A stretch of DNA of 55,838 nt, taken from Armatimonadota bacterium. GTDB lineage: Bacteria; Armatimonadota; UBA5829. Position 1 is the first letter of the stretch; every line of letters starts with the position of its first letter. The translations under genes and the position numbers were made by a program. Shown piece after piece: positions 34,310 to 43,674 of this stretch. The stretch lies in the NCBI GenBank assembly GCA_012522555.1, contig JAAYKG010000158.1, forward strand, positions 1 through 55,838, in the 5' to 3' direction. A model generated the notes under the pieces. That model was given only the letters and a program-made list of their open reading frames with translations. It made no database searches and was not told the DNA's origin.

Positions 34310-37162
34310 ATGATGAATGGCGTGAGCTTTATTGCACTAGCGATTTTGATGATTAGCACGGCGGTGAGTTGTTCGGCTGATCGTTATTTTTGTGATCTTA
34401 AGTCGGGCAAATTCAGCGCCAATTTTAATTGTGGCGCAGATGGCCTAGCGGTGTGGTATGACGGGGTTCGAGTCATCCGCAATTCTACAATGTGGCTCCA
34501 CAACCCGGCCTGGAACAAGCACTACTATGGGTTTAATCAACTGAAAGGCCCGATCGAGGTTCGCGATGTCGATGGCGGCAAAGAAGCTGTTCTTTCTCAT
34601 CGATCCGAATACTTCGAGGGAACCCAGCGAATTGCAGTGCGTGGAGATGAGCTTGTCGTCGAGCTAAAATGCAAATTGCTGCAAGATATCAAGGACGCCG
34701 ACATGGAATATGGCTTTGCCAAGATGTGCGCAGCCCCGATTCTGGGGCGGCCTTATACGGCGGTTACCAACACGGGTGAATCGGTCAAGGGGATAGTGCC
34801 GATTCGAGCGACCAGTTCAGATTCCTGGACGCAACCATTGACCCCAAACCCGTTCACAGAGCTTGTGATCGATACCCGAATCGGCAAGATGAAAATCGAG
34901 ACCAGCGGCAATGTCGGCAGCCTGACCGCGATAGACTACCGAATGAACGCATATCACGAGATCGACGACATCCCGTTTTTTTGGTGCGGAACGAACTGGC
35001 ATATGGATTTCGGCAAAGAATATACTCATAAAGTGGTCATCACCATGCAGCCGCACTCCAAACCCGCAGCCGTGAAACCGCCTACTGCCTCAACAAAAAT
35101 CGAGCAGGACAATGATTTGCGACTGGCGCAATATGGGCCTGTCTTTGTGATACCAGAGCCTCAGCAGATTAAGCTGACCCAACAGCCTTTTATGTTGACC
35201 GCGAATACAAGAATAGTTGTGGCAGACTCGGCGAAGCGGTCGGATTTGCGCGGAGCGAGGACTTTTGCCGAAGAAGTCGGTCTGCTTTATGGATTCCAAC
35301 CTAAAATCGTGCGCGAGCGAGAAGCAGGCAACGCGCCTGCAATTTTGGTGGGGGAGGCTGCAAGTAACAGACTTTTGGCTTCAGCCGCGGCACAAGAAGG
35401 CGTCTCGGCGCCTTTGAAAGCTGAAGGCTATGCGCTTAAGGTGACTCCCTCTTGTGTACTGGTTCTTGGTCATGACCAGCGAGGCTCATACTATGGCATG
35501 CAGACCCTTAAACAACTGCTCAGTTCAGACGCAAAGGGAGTGGTGATTCACGGCTGCGAGATCAACGACTGGCCGAGCCTGCCTTTCCGAGGGGTGCATC
35601 TCTTCACGTCGAATGAGGCGCTGGGCTTCCATAAAAAGCTGATCGACCGCATTCTGGCTCGATACAAGATGAACAACATCATACTGGAGGTCGATTTCTT
35701 GAAGTGGGATACGGATCCGACGATTGCGGTTCCTTGGGCGCAGGATCAGTCCGAAATCAAAGAAGAAATCGAGTATGCCAAGGAAAGCTTCATCGAGATC
35801 AATCCTCTGCTGCAATCGCTGGGGCATTGCGATTGGCTATTTATGACGGGCAAAAACAGGGATATCGCCGAGAACCCCGATCGGCCGTATGCGTATTGCC
35901 CAACTAATCCGCGCACTTACCCCTACATATTCAAGTTTTATGATGAGACCGTAAAGCTCTTCGATAATCCTCGATATGTGCATATAGGACACGATGAGGT
36001 GGAAGAGCCGGGCGGGTTCCCGCGCCACGAGGAGTGCAAAAAACGCAGCGCCGAGCAGATATTCGTCGATGACACCCTCAAAGTGCGGGAGCATCTCTCC
36101 AAATATGGCGCGAGGGTGATGATGTGGGGGGATATGCTGCTGGCTAAAGGAGACAGTCCCGACGCCACCAATGCGGCCGATGCGAAAACCGCGAAGTGGA
36201 TTCGCGATCAACTGCCGAAAGACATTGTCATCACAGATTGGCACTATGCCCCGGCTCAAGCTGAAGAGTATAAATCGCTGAAGCTGTTTATGGATGAGGG
36301 CCACGATGTGATAGCTGCGACGTGGGATACTCACGTCAATATCGAACAGTTCGCGCAGCAGGCCAAAAATGTGGGTGCGATGGGCTTGTTGCAGACAACC
36401 TGGGCTGGGTTCAAAAGCGCCGAAAGCAACCTGCGAGAGAGCTTCAAGCAATTCTCGGCGTTCGTCTTGGCGGCGGAATATGCCTGGAACAACGGCAAAA
36501 CCGACCTTGACCATCTGCCATATAACGCTGATGAAGAGTTCCGCCGACAATGGAACCCTAAATCTCTTGCGGCTGTCGATAAACCTGGCTTCACAGTGGA
36601 TTTATCGAAGGCTTATAACGTCAGCCTGGCGGATAACTCCCAGTTTACGGGATGGCTGGGGTTGGGACCCGAGCACGATCTGTCGGAGGCCCCGACCGGA
36701 GAGACTCGACTGAGGGGGGATCTCTACAAGCTGGCGCCCGACAACACGAAGCCATCTGCGATCAGGTTGGCAAGCTCGTTAGACGACAGAATCTATCCGG
36801 ATATGGTGAATATTTCGATCGATCGAAAAGCTGATGCGCTGCTGTTTTTGCACACGTGTGCCTGGACGGATCAAAGCAATCGGAAGATAGGCGCATACAA
36901 AGTACACTATTTCGATGGGACATCCGAGACGATAGACCTGTTTTATGGGGCTAACATCATATCGTGGCTCGATATGAGATCAATCGGCGGGGCCGAGAAG
37001 GTCTGGGGCGGGCGCACTAAAGAAAATCAACGAGTATCGCTGTCCCGCGTGCAATGGGACAACCCGCATCCACAAAAGACGATCAGCTCGGTCGAGTTCT
37101 CCACGCTTCGCACTGAGGCTGGGCCGACACTTATCGGTCTGAGCGGGCTGGAGTCAAAATAA
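34310..37162 (+). CDS. large secreted GH20-like (beta-N-acetylhexosaminidase-like) protein with extra N- and C-terminal domains
   Basis: 950-aa ORF with a signal peptide. EGYALKVTPSCVLVLGHDQRGSYYGMQTL resembles the GH20b domain, and INDWPSLPFRGVHLF and HIGHDEV (Asp-Glu pair) resemble the GH20 catalytic barrel. The roughly 290 aa N-terminal and 200 aa C-terminal parts are unassigned. Confidence 0.7.
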   Translation: MMNGVSFIALAILMISTAVSCSADRYFCDLKSGKFSANFNCGADGLAVWYDGVRVIRNSTMWLHNPAWNKHYYGFNQLKGPIEVRDVDGGKEAVLSHRSEYFEGTQRIAVRGDELVVELKCKLLQDIKDADMEYGFAKMCAAPILGRPYTAVTNTGESVKGIVPIRATSSDSWTQPLTPNPFTELVIDTRIGKMKIETSGNVGSLTAIDYRMNAYHEIDDIPFFWCGTNWHMDFGKEYTHKVVITMQPHSKPAAVKPPTASTKIEQDNDLRLAQYGPVFVIPEPQQIKLTQQPFMLTANTRIVVADSAKRSDLRGARTFAEEVGLLYGFQPKIVREREAGNAPAILVGEAASNRLLASAAAQEGVSAPLKAEGYALKVTPSCVLVLGHDQRGSYYGMQTLKQLLSSDAKGVVIHGCEINDWPSLPFRGVHLFTSNEALGFHKKLIDRILARYKMNNIILEVDFLKWDTDPTIAVPWAQDQSEIKEEIEYAKESFIEINPLLQSLGHCDWLFMTGKNRDIAENPDRPYAYCPTNPRTYPYIFKFYDETVKLFDNPRYVHIGHDEVEEPGGFPRHEECKKRSAEQIFVDDTLKVREHLSKYGARVMMWGDMLLAKGDSPDATNAADAKTAKWIRDQLPKDIVITDWHYAPAQAEEYKSLKLFMDEGHDVIAATWDTHVNIEQFAQQAKNVGAMGLLQTTWAGFKSAESNLRESFKQFSAFVLAAEYAWNNGKTDLDHLPYNADEEFRRQWNPKSLAAVDKPGFTVDLSKAYNVSLADNSQFTGWLGLGPEHDLSEAPTGETRLRGDLYKLAPDNTKPSAIRLASSLDDRIYPDMVNISIDRKADALLFLHTCAWTDQSNRKIGAYKVHYFDGTSETIDLFYGANIISWLDMRSIGGAEKVWGGRTKENQRVSLSRVQWDNPHPQKTISSVEFSTLRTEAGPTLIGLSGLESK

Positions 37163-37261
37163 CACTACTTCGGCGGCGGTCGGCGATGCCTGCTGCCGCC
37201 TGTGATGATTTGTGAAGGGATTGAGCTGCAAGGCGTATTAGCTATAAGTGGAGGGCTATTT

Positions 37262-37945
37262 ATGATACGAATAATGACCTACAACATACGCGGCGCGATT
37301 GGGATGGACAACGCACTCAGCGTCGAGCGTATAGCCGAAGTTATACGCAATGCCAATGCGCGGGTTGTGTGCCTGCAAGAAGTCCATACGCTTCGCAAGG
37401 TCTCCAAACTCGGAGATCAGCCGATTGAACTGGCGAAGCTGCTCAATATGCGAGCAGCATTTCAAGTGAATTATCGCGAGGGTGTCGGGGGGCTGGGCAA
37501 TGCCATTTTAACGACACTCGATATTGAACACACCCGATCTCACATCCTGACGAGCACGGGAGAGCAGCGAGGGGTGCTCGAGGTGGGGGTGCGCGCTCCG
37601 GAGGGCCCATTGACTATATTTTGCACCCACTTTGGCTTGAGCAATGACGAAAGAGTGCAGCAAGCCAAAGAGATGGCGGGCTGGATCAACTCCGCCAAGA
37701 CCGCGAAAGTGGCGTGTGGAGATTTGAATGCTACTGCTAAGGATCAGCCAATTACTGAACTGCTCAGCGCGACAGGGTTGTTTGACGCTGATGCCGATGG
37801 GCCGATGACTTTCGATGCGGGAAACCCACATAAACGAATCGACTTCATACTGCCGGATCCGACGATCAAGGTGTTGGGGACCGATGTAATAAAAACCATG
37901 GCCTCCGATCACCTGCCGCTGATCGCCGACTTGAGCCTGCTGTAG
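37262..37945 (+). CDS. endonuclease/exonuclease/phosphatase (EEP) family protein
   Basis: Trimmed to ATG 37262 (GGAGGG 6 nt upstream). Sequence MIRIMTYNIRG, VVCLQEV, and a C-terminal SDHLPL. Confidence 0.85.
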   Translation: MIRIMTYNIRGAIGMDNALSVERIAEVIRNANARVVCLQEVHTLRKVSKLGDQPIELAKLLNMRAAFQVNYREGVGGLGNAILTTLDIEHTRSHILTSTGEQRGVLEVGVRAPEGPLTIFCTHFGLSNDERVQQAKEMAGWINSAKTAKVACGDLNATAKDQPITELLSATGLFDADADGPMTFDAGNPHKRIDFILPDPTIKVLGTDVIKTMASDHLPLIADLSLL

Positions 37946-37965
37946 ATACCAATCTCACAAAACAG

Positions 37966-37995
37966 TCGAGCCCGCCTGGTTGTGGGCGGGCTCGA
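37966..37995. terminator. bidirectional terminator hairpin between the EEP gene and the small zinc-ribbon gene
   Basis: Perfect 11-bp stem TCGAGCCCGCC-N8-GGCGGGCTCGA. On the minus strand it is followed by CUGUUUUGUG. Confidence 0.55.
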
Positions 37996-38018
37996 TAGCT
38001 CTGATCTTGAATAGCTCG

Positions 38019-38195
38019 TTACGCGGCTTTCCTGCCTCCTCGAGAAGCCAATCGTTTCTGATTTATCTCCTCGCTCATCTGCAACGCCTCACGTTTGGGA
38101 GCCGTGTTGGTACATTCTCGACACACCCACTCCGCCATGCCGGCGAGGTGTTCGGGCACGTGATGTATCTCTTTTCCGCATCTGCTGCAACGCAT
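38019..38195 (-). CDS. 58-aa zinc-ribbon protein (CxxC...CxxC)
   Basis: Below the ORF-track cut-off. My translation is MRCSRCGKEIHHVPEHLAGMAEWVCRECTNTAPKREALQMSEEINQKRLASRGGRKAA-TAA. The terminator hairpin lies 24 nt downstream. Confidence 0.5.
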   Translation of the reverse strand: MRCSRCGKEIHHVPEHLAGMAEWVCRECTNTAPKREALQMSEEINQKRLASRGGRKAA

Positions 38196-38397
38196 GTTAT
38201 TGCTCTCTTTCTACTGCTAAGCCCGCTGCATCCGGGCCGCTCGCTGCAGTCGCGCAAAATATAGGAAGCCGCCTGCACAAATCGCAAGCACATCCTTAGT
38301 GATAATTACCCTAAATCGATAGTCGATTAATATACGATATTGAAAATATTTGCGTTCCCGGTATTATTAACAGGGTTTTGAGAGGAAGCGTATGAGG

Positions 38398-39399
38398 CTA
38401 GGCAAGTTCGTCGCGGTAGTCTCGTGTCATTAGCTCCATAACAGCAGTTTTTGGGGATTTTCCTTCAAAGAGCACTCCGTGTATCTGTTGAATGATCGGT
38501 GCGGAGACGCCAAGTTTTGCGCTGAGTAGATAAGCGGCTTTGCAAGTCGGCATCCCTTCAGCAACCTGACCGAGCGCACGAAGACTCTCATCTAATCCGA
38601 TCCCCTGCCCCAGCATTCGGCCAAGGCGCAGGTTGCGTGATAGCCCGCTTGCGCAAGTTGCCATCAAATCTCCAAAACCCGACAGGCCAATAAAAGTCTT
38701 TTCGTCGGCGCCAAGCATGACCCCCAGCCGGATCATCTCCACCAGGCCGCGAGTGACCAGCGTCGCCTTGGTATTGTCACCATAGCCAAGCCCGTCTGAT
38801 ATCCCAGCCCCGATCGCGAGCACGTTTTTGAGCGCGCCACCCAACTCGACTCCCGTGATGTCGCGGTTTCGATATAGCCTCAAACTCGGCGATGAGAATA
38901 ACTCTTGAGCGCGAGCGGCACTGTCCGGATTGCGCGATGCTACCACGGTTGCGGTTGGTATATCGTTTGCGAGTTCGACTGCGAGATTCGGCCCGGACAG
39001 CGCTACACAACAACAACCGGCCTCTTCTCCTAACATTTCGCGAATCACCTCGGAACCACGAAGCCCCGTCCCGCTCTCCAGCCCTTTTCCGGCATGCACA
39101 AGAAGCGCGCCCGGCCGGAGCTTATTTTTGATAAGAGACAGCACCTCACGAACCCCGGCGCTGGGAATCGCCAGCACAACGGTGTCGGCATCTGTGAGCG
39201 CTTCGGATATATCAGACGTGGGGGTGATGGTATCTGGCAGTTCAATTTTGGGCAAATATTGCACGTTCTCACGCTGACGCTCAATAGATTGAGCCAGAGG
39301 TTCTCTCCGCGCCCATAAAGTCACCGAACAGCCTTTTTTGCCTAGCAGCAAAGCCAGCGCCGTTCCCCAACTGCCTGCACCCATTACAGCGATCTTCAT
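38398..39399 (-). CDS. gpsA: NAD(P)H-dependent glycerol-3-phosphate dehydrogenase
   Basis: MKIAVMGAGSWGTALALLL Rossmann N-terminus and the GpsA block GALKNVLAIGAGISDGLGYGDN. Confidence 0.95.
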   Translation of the reverse strand: MKIAVMGAGSWGTALALLLGKKGCSVTLWARREPLAQSIERQRENVQYLPKIELPDTITPTSDISEALTDADTVVLAIPSAGVREVLSLIKNKLRPGALLVHAGKGLESGTGLRGSEVIREMLGEEAGCCCVALSGPNLAVELANDIPTATVVASRNPDSAARAQELFSSPSLRLYRNRDITGVELGGALKNVLAIGAGISDGLGYGDNTKATLVTRGLVEMIRLGVMLGADEKTFIGLSGFGDLMATCASGLSRNLRLGRMLGQGIGLDESLRALGQVAEGMPTCKAAYLLSAKLGVSAPIIQQIHGVLFEGKSPKTAVMELMTRDYRDELA

Positions 39400-39429
39400 C
39401 AGACACGCCCCTGGTTCACGAAGACTCTA

Positions 39430-40551
39430 TCATGCATTTATATATACCCTCGGGACTCGGTCGGTGATGGCGCAATATGTTTCGTCGCTAATTGTATGGG
39501 CCTTAGCCGCTACGGCATTTGCGCTGAGATAGTCATAGCCGCCGCCGAGAAGTATAACCTCGTCCCCTGTCGCGACATCATCGACATCGGTGACATCTAT
39601 CATAATCTGATCCATGCAGACCCTGCCCACGATGCCCACTCGGCAGCCTCGTACCGCCGCTTCACCGCAATTCGAGAGGGCGCGCTGATAGCCGTCGGCG
39701 TATCCGATCGGCAGGGTCGCGATCTTTGACGGTCGGCTGAGGCAATGGGTGCGGCCGTAACCGATAGTTTCCTTTGCTTGGGCGTCTTTGATGAAGACTA
39801 TGTGGGTCTTGAGAGTCATAGCCTCGCGCAATGGTACATTGTGGGGAACATGCTCGCACGGATCGCTGCCATAAATAGCGATGCCAGGTCGGACGGCGTT
39901 GAAATGCGATTCCGGGAAAGCCAGCACCCCTGCGCTGTTGGCCATGTGGATGGTTGGAATATTGATCGAATTGCTCCTCAGCGCACTGAGCGCCTTAGTG
40001 AATGCAGCTATTTGCAGCAAACTGAAAGAGCGATCGGGTTCGTCTGAACACGGAAAATGGGTGAAGATACCGTCTATATGCAGATCAGGCAGCAATCGAA
40101 GCATGCGGGCAAAGCCCAAAGCGTCTTCAGGCCGCACCCCGATCCTGCCCATTCCCGTATCGACCTTAATATGGACGGCTGCCTTTTTTGTGTGAGACTC
40201 GGCGGCGTGGGACAGAGCGCGAGCGAAACCGATGTCGCACACGGTGCTCATAAGATCATAACTGACTATTTCGCCGACAGCGTCGTTAGTCGAGCAGCCC
40301 AAGATCAAAATCGGTTGATCGAACCCGGCCTCGCGAAGCTGGATACCCTCCTCGGGAGTGGCAACCCCCAAAACCGATGCGCCAGCCTCGACGCACGCCT
40401 TACTCACTTCGACAACCCCATGACCATATGCGTTGGCCTTAACCGCCGGCATGATTGCGACATTGCGCCCGACTTTGGCTTGAATAGCTTTAATGTTGTC
40501 TCTAATCGCGGAAAGATCAATCTCCGCATAGGTCGGTCGTATTATTGGCAT
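39430..40551 (-). CDS. alr: alanine racemase
   Basis: PLP-lysine block MPAVKANAYGHG and the C-terminal VCMDQIMIDVT. Confidence 0.95.
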   Translation of the reverse strand: MPIIRPTYAEIDLSAIRDNIKAIQAKVGRNVAIMPAVKANAYGHGVVEVSKACVEAGASVLGVATPEEGIQLREAGFDQPILILGCSTNDAVGEIVSYDLMSTVCDIGFARALSHAAESHTKKAAVHIKVDTGMGRIGVRPEDALGFARMLRLLPDLHIDGIFTHFPCSDEPDRSFSLLQIAAFTKALSALRSNSINIPTIHMANSAGVLAFPESHFNAVRPGIAIYGSDPCEHVPHNVPLREAMTLKTHIVFIKDAQAKETIGYGRTHCLSRPSKIATLPIGYADGYQRALSNCGEAAVRGCRVGIVGRVCMDQIMIDVTDVDDVATGDEVILLGGGYDYLSANAVAAKAHTISDETYCAITDRVPRVYINA

Positions 40552-40603
40552 TTAATAAGCTGCGACTTGTAAGCGTTCGGCTCTTGGCGGGCCGTTTATA
40601 TCA

Positions 40604-40628
40604 AGGCGGCGATCTGCGATCGCCGCCT
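40604..40628. terminator. hairpin between htrA and alr (candidate terminator)
   Basis: Perfect 10-bp stem AGGCGGCGAT-CTGCG-ATCGCCGCCT, 41 nt downstream of the htrA stop. The U-tract is better on the plus strand (GAUGUUUUCG) than on the minus strand. Confidence 0.4.
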
Positions 40629-40668
40629 GATGTTTTCGTGTCTCTCTATTCTACTCTTTTCGAGCCAG

Positions 40669-42126
40669 CTATTCCAGCGGCACTTCGATTATGGCGCTGT
40701 TACCGCCTCGATGGATCACCATCACTGCCGTGTCATCGGCTTTAAGTTTGCTTATCGCATTGTTGAAGCTCGCAACGTTCGTGATGGTTGTGTTGTTGAC
40801 CCTCGTGATGACATCTTTGGCTTGGATGCCGGCTCTATCCGCGGCGCCGCCCTGCTCCACCGCGCTGACCACAACACCCGTAGTCTTCGGAATACCCAGC
40901 GATCTCGCCTTTTGCTCGTTGAGGTTTTCGACAGAAAGCCCCAGTTTACCGCCGGTCTCGCCCTTTGCCGTCTCAGCTCCACTCGGAGCCTCGCCGAGCT
41001 TGACGCTGATCGTCTTCTCCGCCTTGTCTCTGACCACAGTCAACGTAACGGATGAGCCTGGGGAGACGGCTTGGGTCAAACGGCGCAGGTCCAGCGCTGT
41101 GTCCACGGTTTTGCCATCGATCTTTGTTATAACATCGGCGACCTGAATCCCAGCCTTAGCAGCCGGAGAATCCGGCTCGACACTCTCAACCAAAGCGCCC
41201 TTATTGGCCCCATAAACCTGGGCCTTAACTGGGCTAAGGTCCACCGGCATCAATCCCAGATAGCCTCTGACAACTTTGCCCTTGGTTATTAACTGATCCA
41301 TAACAAACTTTGCGCTGTTCGCCGGAATCGCGAACCCGATACCAGCGCTCTGCCTGGTGCTGGAATAGATCATAAAGTTGATGCCGATAACCTTGCCATC
41401 CACATCAACAAGCGGCCCGCCGGAGTTGCCCGGATTAATGGCCGCGTCGGTCTGGATTGCCTCGGGATAGTCCAGGCCGTTATCCGCGCTGGAGTCAGCC
41501 TCTCTCCTGAGCGCGCTCACCACGCCCACAGTGACCGTATTGCGCAGGCCGAACGGGTTGCCTATGGCGATGGCCCATTCTCCAACCTGCACCTTGTCGG
41601 AATCCGCAAAGGAGACGGCAGGAAGATTACCAGCCTCGATCTTTATTAACGCGAGATCGGTTCTGGGGTCGAGAAAGACCTTGCCCTTGAAGTCTCGACC
41701 ATCGGCCAGCTTGACGGTGACTCTATCCGCACCGGCCACAACGTGGTTATTTGTTAGAATATAACCATCAGAGCGTACGACAAATCCCGTTCCTGTGGCT
41801 TTTTGTGTTTGCTTTTCCGTTTTTGGGGCTCGTCTGGGCTGATTGCCGAACGGCCAGCCAAAACCAAAGCCCTCGAAAGGGTCGATGGCCTGATAGGTAA
41901 CATCCTTTTCGCTGGTAATGAACACTACGCTGGGGGCCAGTTTATCGGCAATGTCGGCGAATGCAGTGCGCCAGTTGGATGTGGTGAGGTCTTTTGGCGG
42001 AGCTGCGATTGCAGTGCCGCCCGTGTTGTAGAAATGCGCGGCGAGGGAGAACCCAAGCGCTAAACTGAGAATACACACCAGCACGAGGCTGGGGTTCTTC
42101 ATTTTTGATTTCAAGTAAGATAGCAT
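40669..42126 (-). CDS. htrA: HtrA/DegP-family serine protease with two PDZ domains
   Basis: 485-aa ORF with an N-terminal TM anchor. Catalytic His in TNNHVV and Ser in GNSGGPLV, followed by two PDZ-like repeats. Confidence 0.9.
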   Translation of the reverse strand: MLSYLKSKMKNPSLVLVCILSLALGFSLAAHFYNTGGTAIAAPPKDLTTSNWRTAFADIADKLAPSVVFITSEKDVTYQAIDPFEGFGFGWPFGNQPRRAPKTEKQTQKATGTGFVVRSDGYILTNNHVVAGADRVTVKLADGRDFKGKVFLDPRTDLALIKIEAGNLPAVSFADSDKVQVGEWAIAIGNPFGLRNTVTVGVVSALRREADSSADNGLDYPEAIQTDAAINPGNSGGPLVDVDGKVIGINFMIYSSTRQSAGIGFAIPANSAKFVMDQLITKGKVVRGYLGLMPVDLSPVKAQVYGANKGALVESVEPDSPAAKAGIQVADVITKIDGKTVDTALDLRRLTQAVSPGSSVTLTVVRDKAEKTISVKLGEAPSGAETAKGETGGKLGLSVENLNEQKARSLGIPKTTGVVVSAVEQGGAADRAGIQAKDVITRVNNTTITNVASFNNAISKLKADDTAVMVIHRGGNSAIIEVPLE

Positions 42127-42194
42127 CGCTCGTCTATTCCTCCTGATACGTCATAGTTTTATTGTCGAAAGCTATCGCTTGGTACGGCTACTTT

Positions 42195-42220
42195 GACGAA
42201 GCTGAACTTTCCACCGTTCC
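42195..42220 (-). promoter_or_regulatory. ECF-type promoter candidate upstream of htrA (GGAAC-N17-CGTC)
   Basis: The minus strand reads GGAAC (42220-42216), a 17-nt spacer, then CGTC (42198-42195). This is the same architecture as the motif upstream of the ECF sigma gene. Confidence 0.45.
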
Positions 42221-42235
42221 ACTCCATAAGTGAGC

Positions 42236-42285
42236 AAAACGCCAGACAAAGCCCGGAGCTGGTGCGCCCGAGGTTTTGTCTGGCG
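42236..42285 (-). terminator. rho-independent terminator after the anti-sigma gene
   Basis: Perfect 11-bp stem CGCCAGACAAA-N24-TTTGTCTGGCG, followed on the minus strand by UUUUG. Confidence 0.65.
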
Positions 42286-42316
42286 CATCGTCTTATGACG
42301 CCAAACGTGTTTCGGT

Positions 42317-42844
42317 CTACCGAAAACTGATGCCCGCGAATCGAAGCGATCCCTGCGCGGATTCATTTGCCAAAACCAGCGGCCGAGAGTGTGAATACAT
42401 CACATTGTCCGGAATCTCCGGCACAAAAGAAATCTCCTGGCTGTGCAAGCTGAGTGGAGCATTGGCTACCACCACGTCCGTATTGGGAGTAAACTTATCC
42501 TGCCCACCCACAGTCAACAGCGCCAGGGCAACCCCAAACACCGCCAGCGCCGCCACGACCGGGCTGAGCTTGCGCCCGGCATAATTGTAGATTTGTGTTA
42601 GTAGTTTTTGATGCGACGGAATGCTGGTCTGATTGAGTGTCAACACCAGGTTGGCCGCAAAATCAGGCCTCGGCGCGATCACACCGAGACGTGCCACCAT
42701 CATTTTAGTGGCCCGCAGTGATTCGTATTCTTCCATGCAATCGGGACACTCACCGAGATGCCTTCGTATATCCAGCATCTCCACACCTGTTAGTTCGCCA
42801 TCCACATAGGCCGAAATTAGATTCACGACGCGACGGCAATTCAT
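42317..42844 (-). CDS. anti-sigma factor (zf-HC2 type, single TM)
   Basis: N-terminal zinc-binding anti-sigma motif ISAYVDGELTGVEMLDIRRHLGECPDCMEEYE and a central TM helix. It lies directly downstream of the ECF sigma gene. Confidence 0.85.
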   Translation of the reverse strand: MNCRRVVNLISAYVDGELTGVEMLDIRRHLGECPDCMEEYESLRATKMMVARLGVIAPRPDFAANLVLTLNQTSIPSHQKLLTQIYNYAGRKLSPVVAALAVFGVALALLTVGGQDKFTPNTDVVVANAPLSLHSQEISFVPEIPDNVMYSHSRPLVLANESAQGSLRFAGISFR

Positions 42845-42859
42845 AGTATTACACCTGCC

Positions 42860-43438
42860 CTATATCAACTGATGTTCATACTTTTTGAGCTTATCCCTTA
42901 AAAGACGTCTTCCACGATGAAGCCGGGATCTCACAGTGCCGATATTTGTGTTCGTAGCCTCGGCGATCTCTTCATACGAAAGACCCTCAATATCGGCATA
43001 AATCACGGTCATCCGAAACGCCTCGGGCAGCTTGTCTAAAGCCGCTTGTATGCGGCTATCCACTTCCATTGCCAGGACAGCGTCCTCCGGCCCTGAGGTC
43101 GGGTCGGCAACATCGAACTCAACCTCACCTTCGGAGGTCTGTATCGGCTGGTCCAGCGACCTGATCTTCGCTTTGGGTTTTCTCCTCAGTCGGTCGATAA
43201 AAACGTTAGACATAATCTTATACAACCAACTATCAAAAGGAAGTTCCCTGCGGTATTGACCAAAAAATCTGAATGCTCGAATGAATGCTTCCTGGGTCAA
43301 GTCTTCCGCATCAGCGTGATTGCCTGCCATTCGATACGCGACGTTATACGCCTGCTTGTGATAGCGTTCCACAAGCCGATCAAACTCTCGTCTGTCTTTA
43401 TCCTGTGCCCCCTCAATAACGGTGTCTACAAGTTCCAC
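42860..43438 (-). CDS. ECF (group IV) sigma-70 family RNA polymerase sigma factor
   Basis: 192-aa ORF (GTG start, GGAGG 6 nt upstream). Region 2 reads YHKQAYNVAYRMAGNHADAEDLTQEAFIRAF. Region 4 reads LSYEEIAEATNTNIGTVRSRLHRGR. Confidence 0.9.
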   Translation of the reverse strand: MELVDTVIEGAQDKDRREFDRLVERYHKQAYNVAYRMAGNHADAEDLTQEAFIRAFRFFGQYRRELPFDSWLYKIMSNVFIDRLRRKPKAKIRSLDQPIQTSEGEVEFDVADPTSGPEDAVLAMEVDSRIQAALDKLPEAFRMTVIYADIEGLSYEEIAEATNTNIGTVRSRLHRGRRLLRDKLKKYEHQLI

Positions 43439-43469
43439 CAGGGACCTCCACCTCTGTTCCTAGATTTAT

Positions 43470-43496
43470 GTACGCTGATCGGCCGCTAATAGTTCC
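43470..43496 (-). promoter_or_regulatory. ECF-type (probably autoregulatory) promoter candidate upstream of the sigma gene (GGAAC-N17-CGTAC)
   Basis: The minus strand reads GGAAC (43496-43492), a 17-nt spacer, then CGTAC (43474-43470), about 30 nt upstream of GTG 43438. Confidence 0.45.
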
Positions 43497-43674
43497 CGTG
43501 CCACAATTTTTTGTCCACCACAAGTACTATATTATCGCCGTCGCACTACTCCATTATAGAGTAATGGTTTATTTAACTCAAGTCTAAGCTTGGTCGGCAA
43601 TGTGACTTTATTATTATGCGGGCTTGATGGCCGATCGCGTAGTTTGCGCGAAAAGAGCCTAGGGGACAATTATC

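Noticed and set aside
35837-36550. 237-aa minus-strand ORF
   Set aside because: It is antisense to the 950-aa GH20-like gene and has no motifs.
37980-38293. ORF-track candidates 37980..38264 (+) and 38075..38293 (-)
   Set aside because: Neither has an RBS or motifs, and one starts inside the terminator hairpin. The 58-aa zinc-ribbon frame on the minus strand (38019..38195) with its own terminator explains the region better.
42172-42366. 64-aa minus-strand ORF between the anti-sigma gene and htrA
   Set aside because: It spans the strong terminator hairpin and the ECF-type promoter, overlaps the anti-sigma gene end, and is basic and low in complexity. The region is better explained as regulatory.
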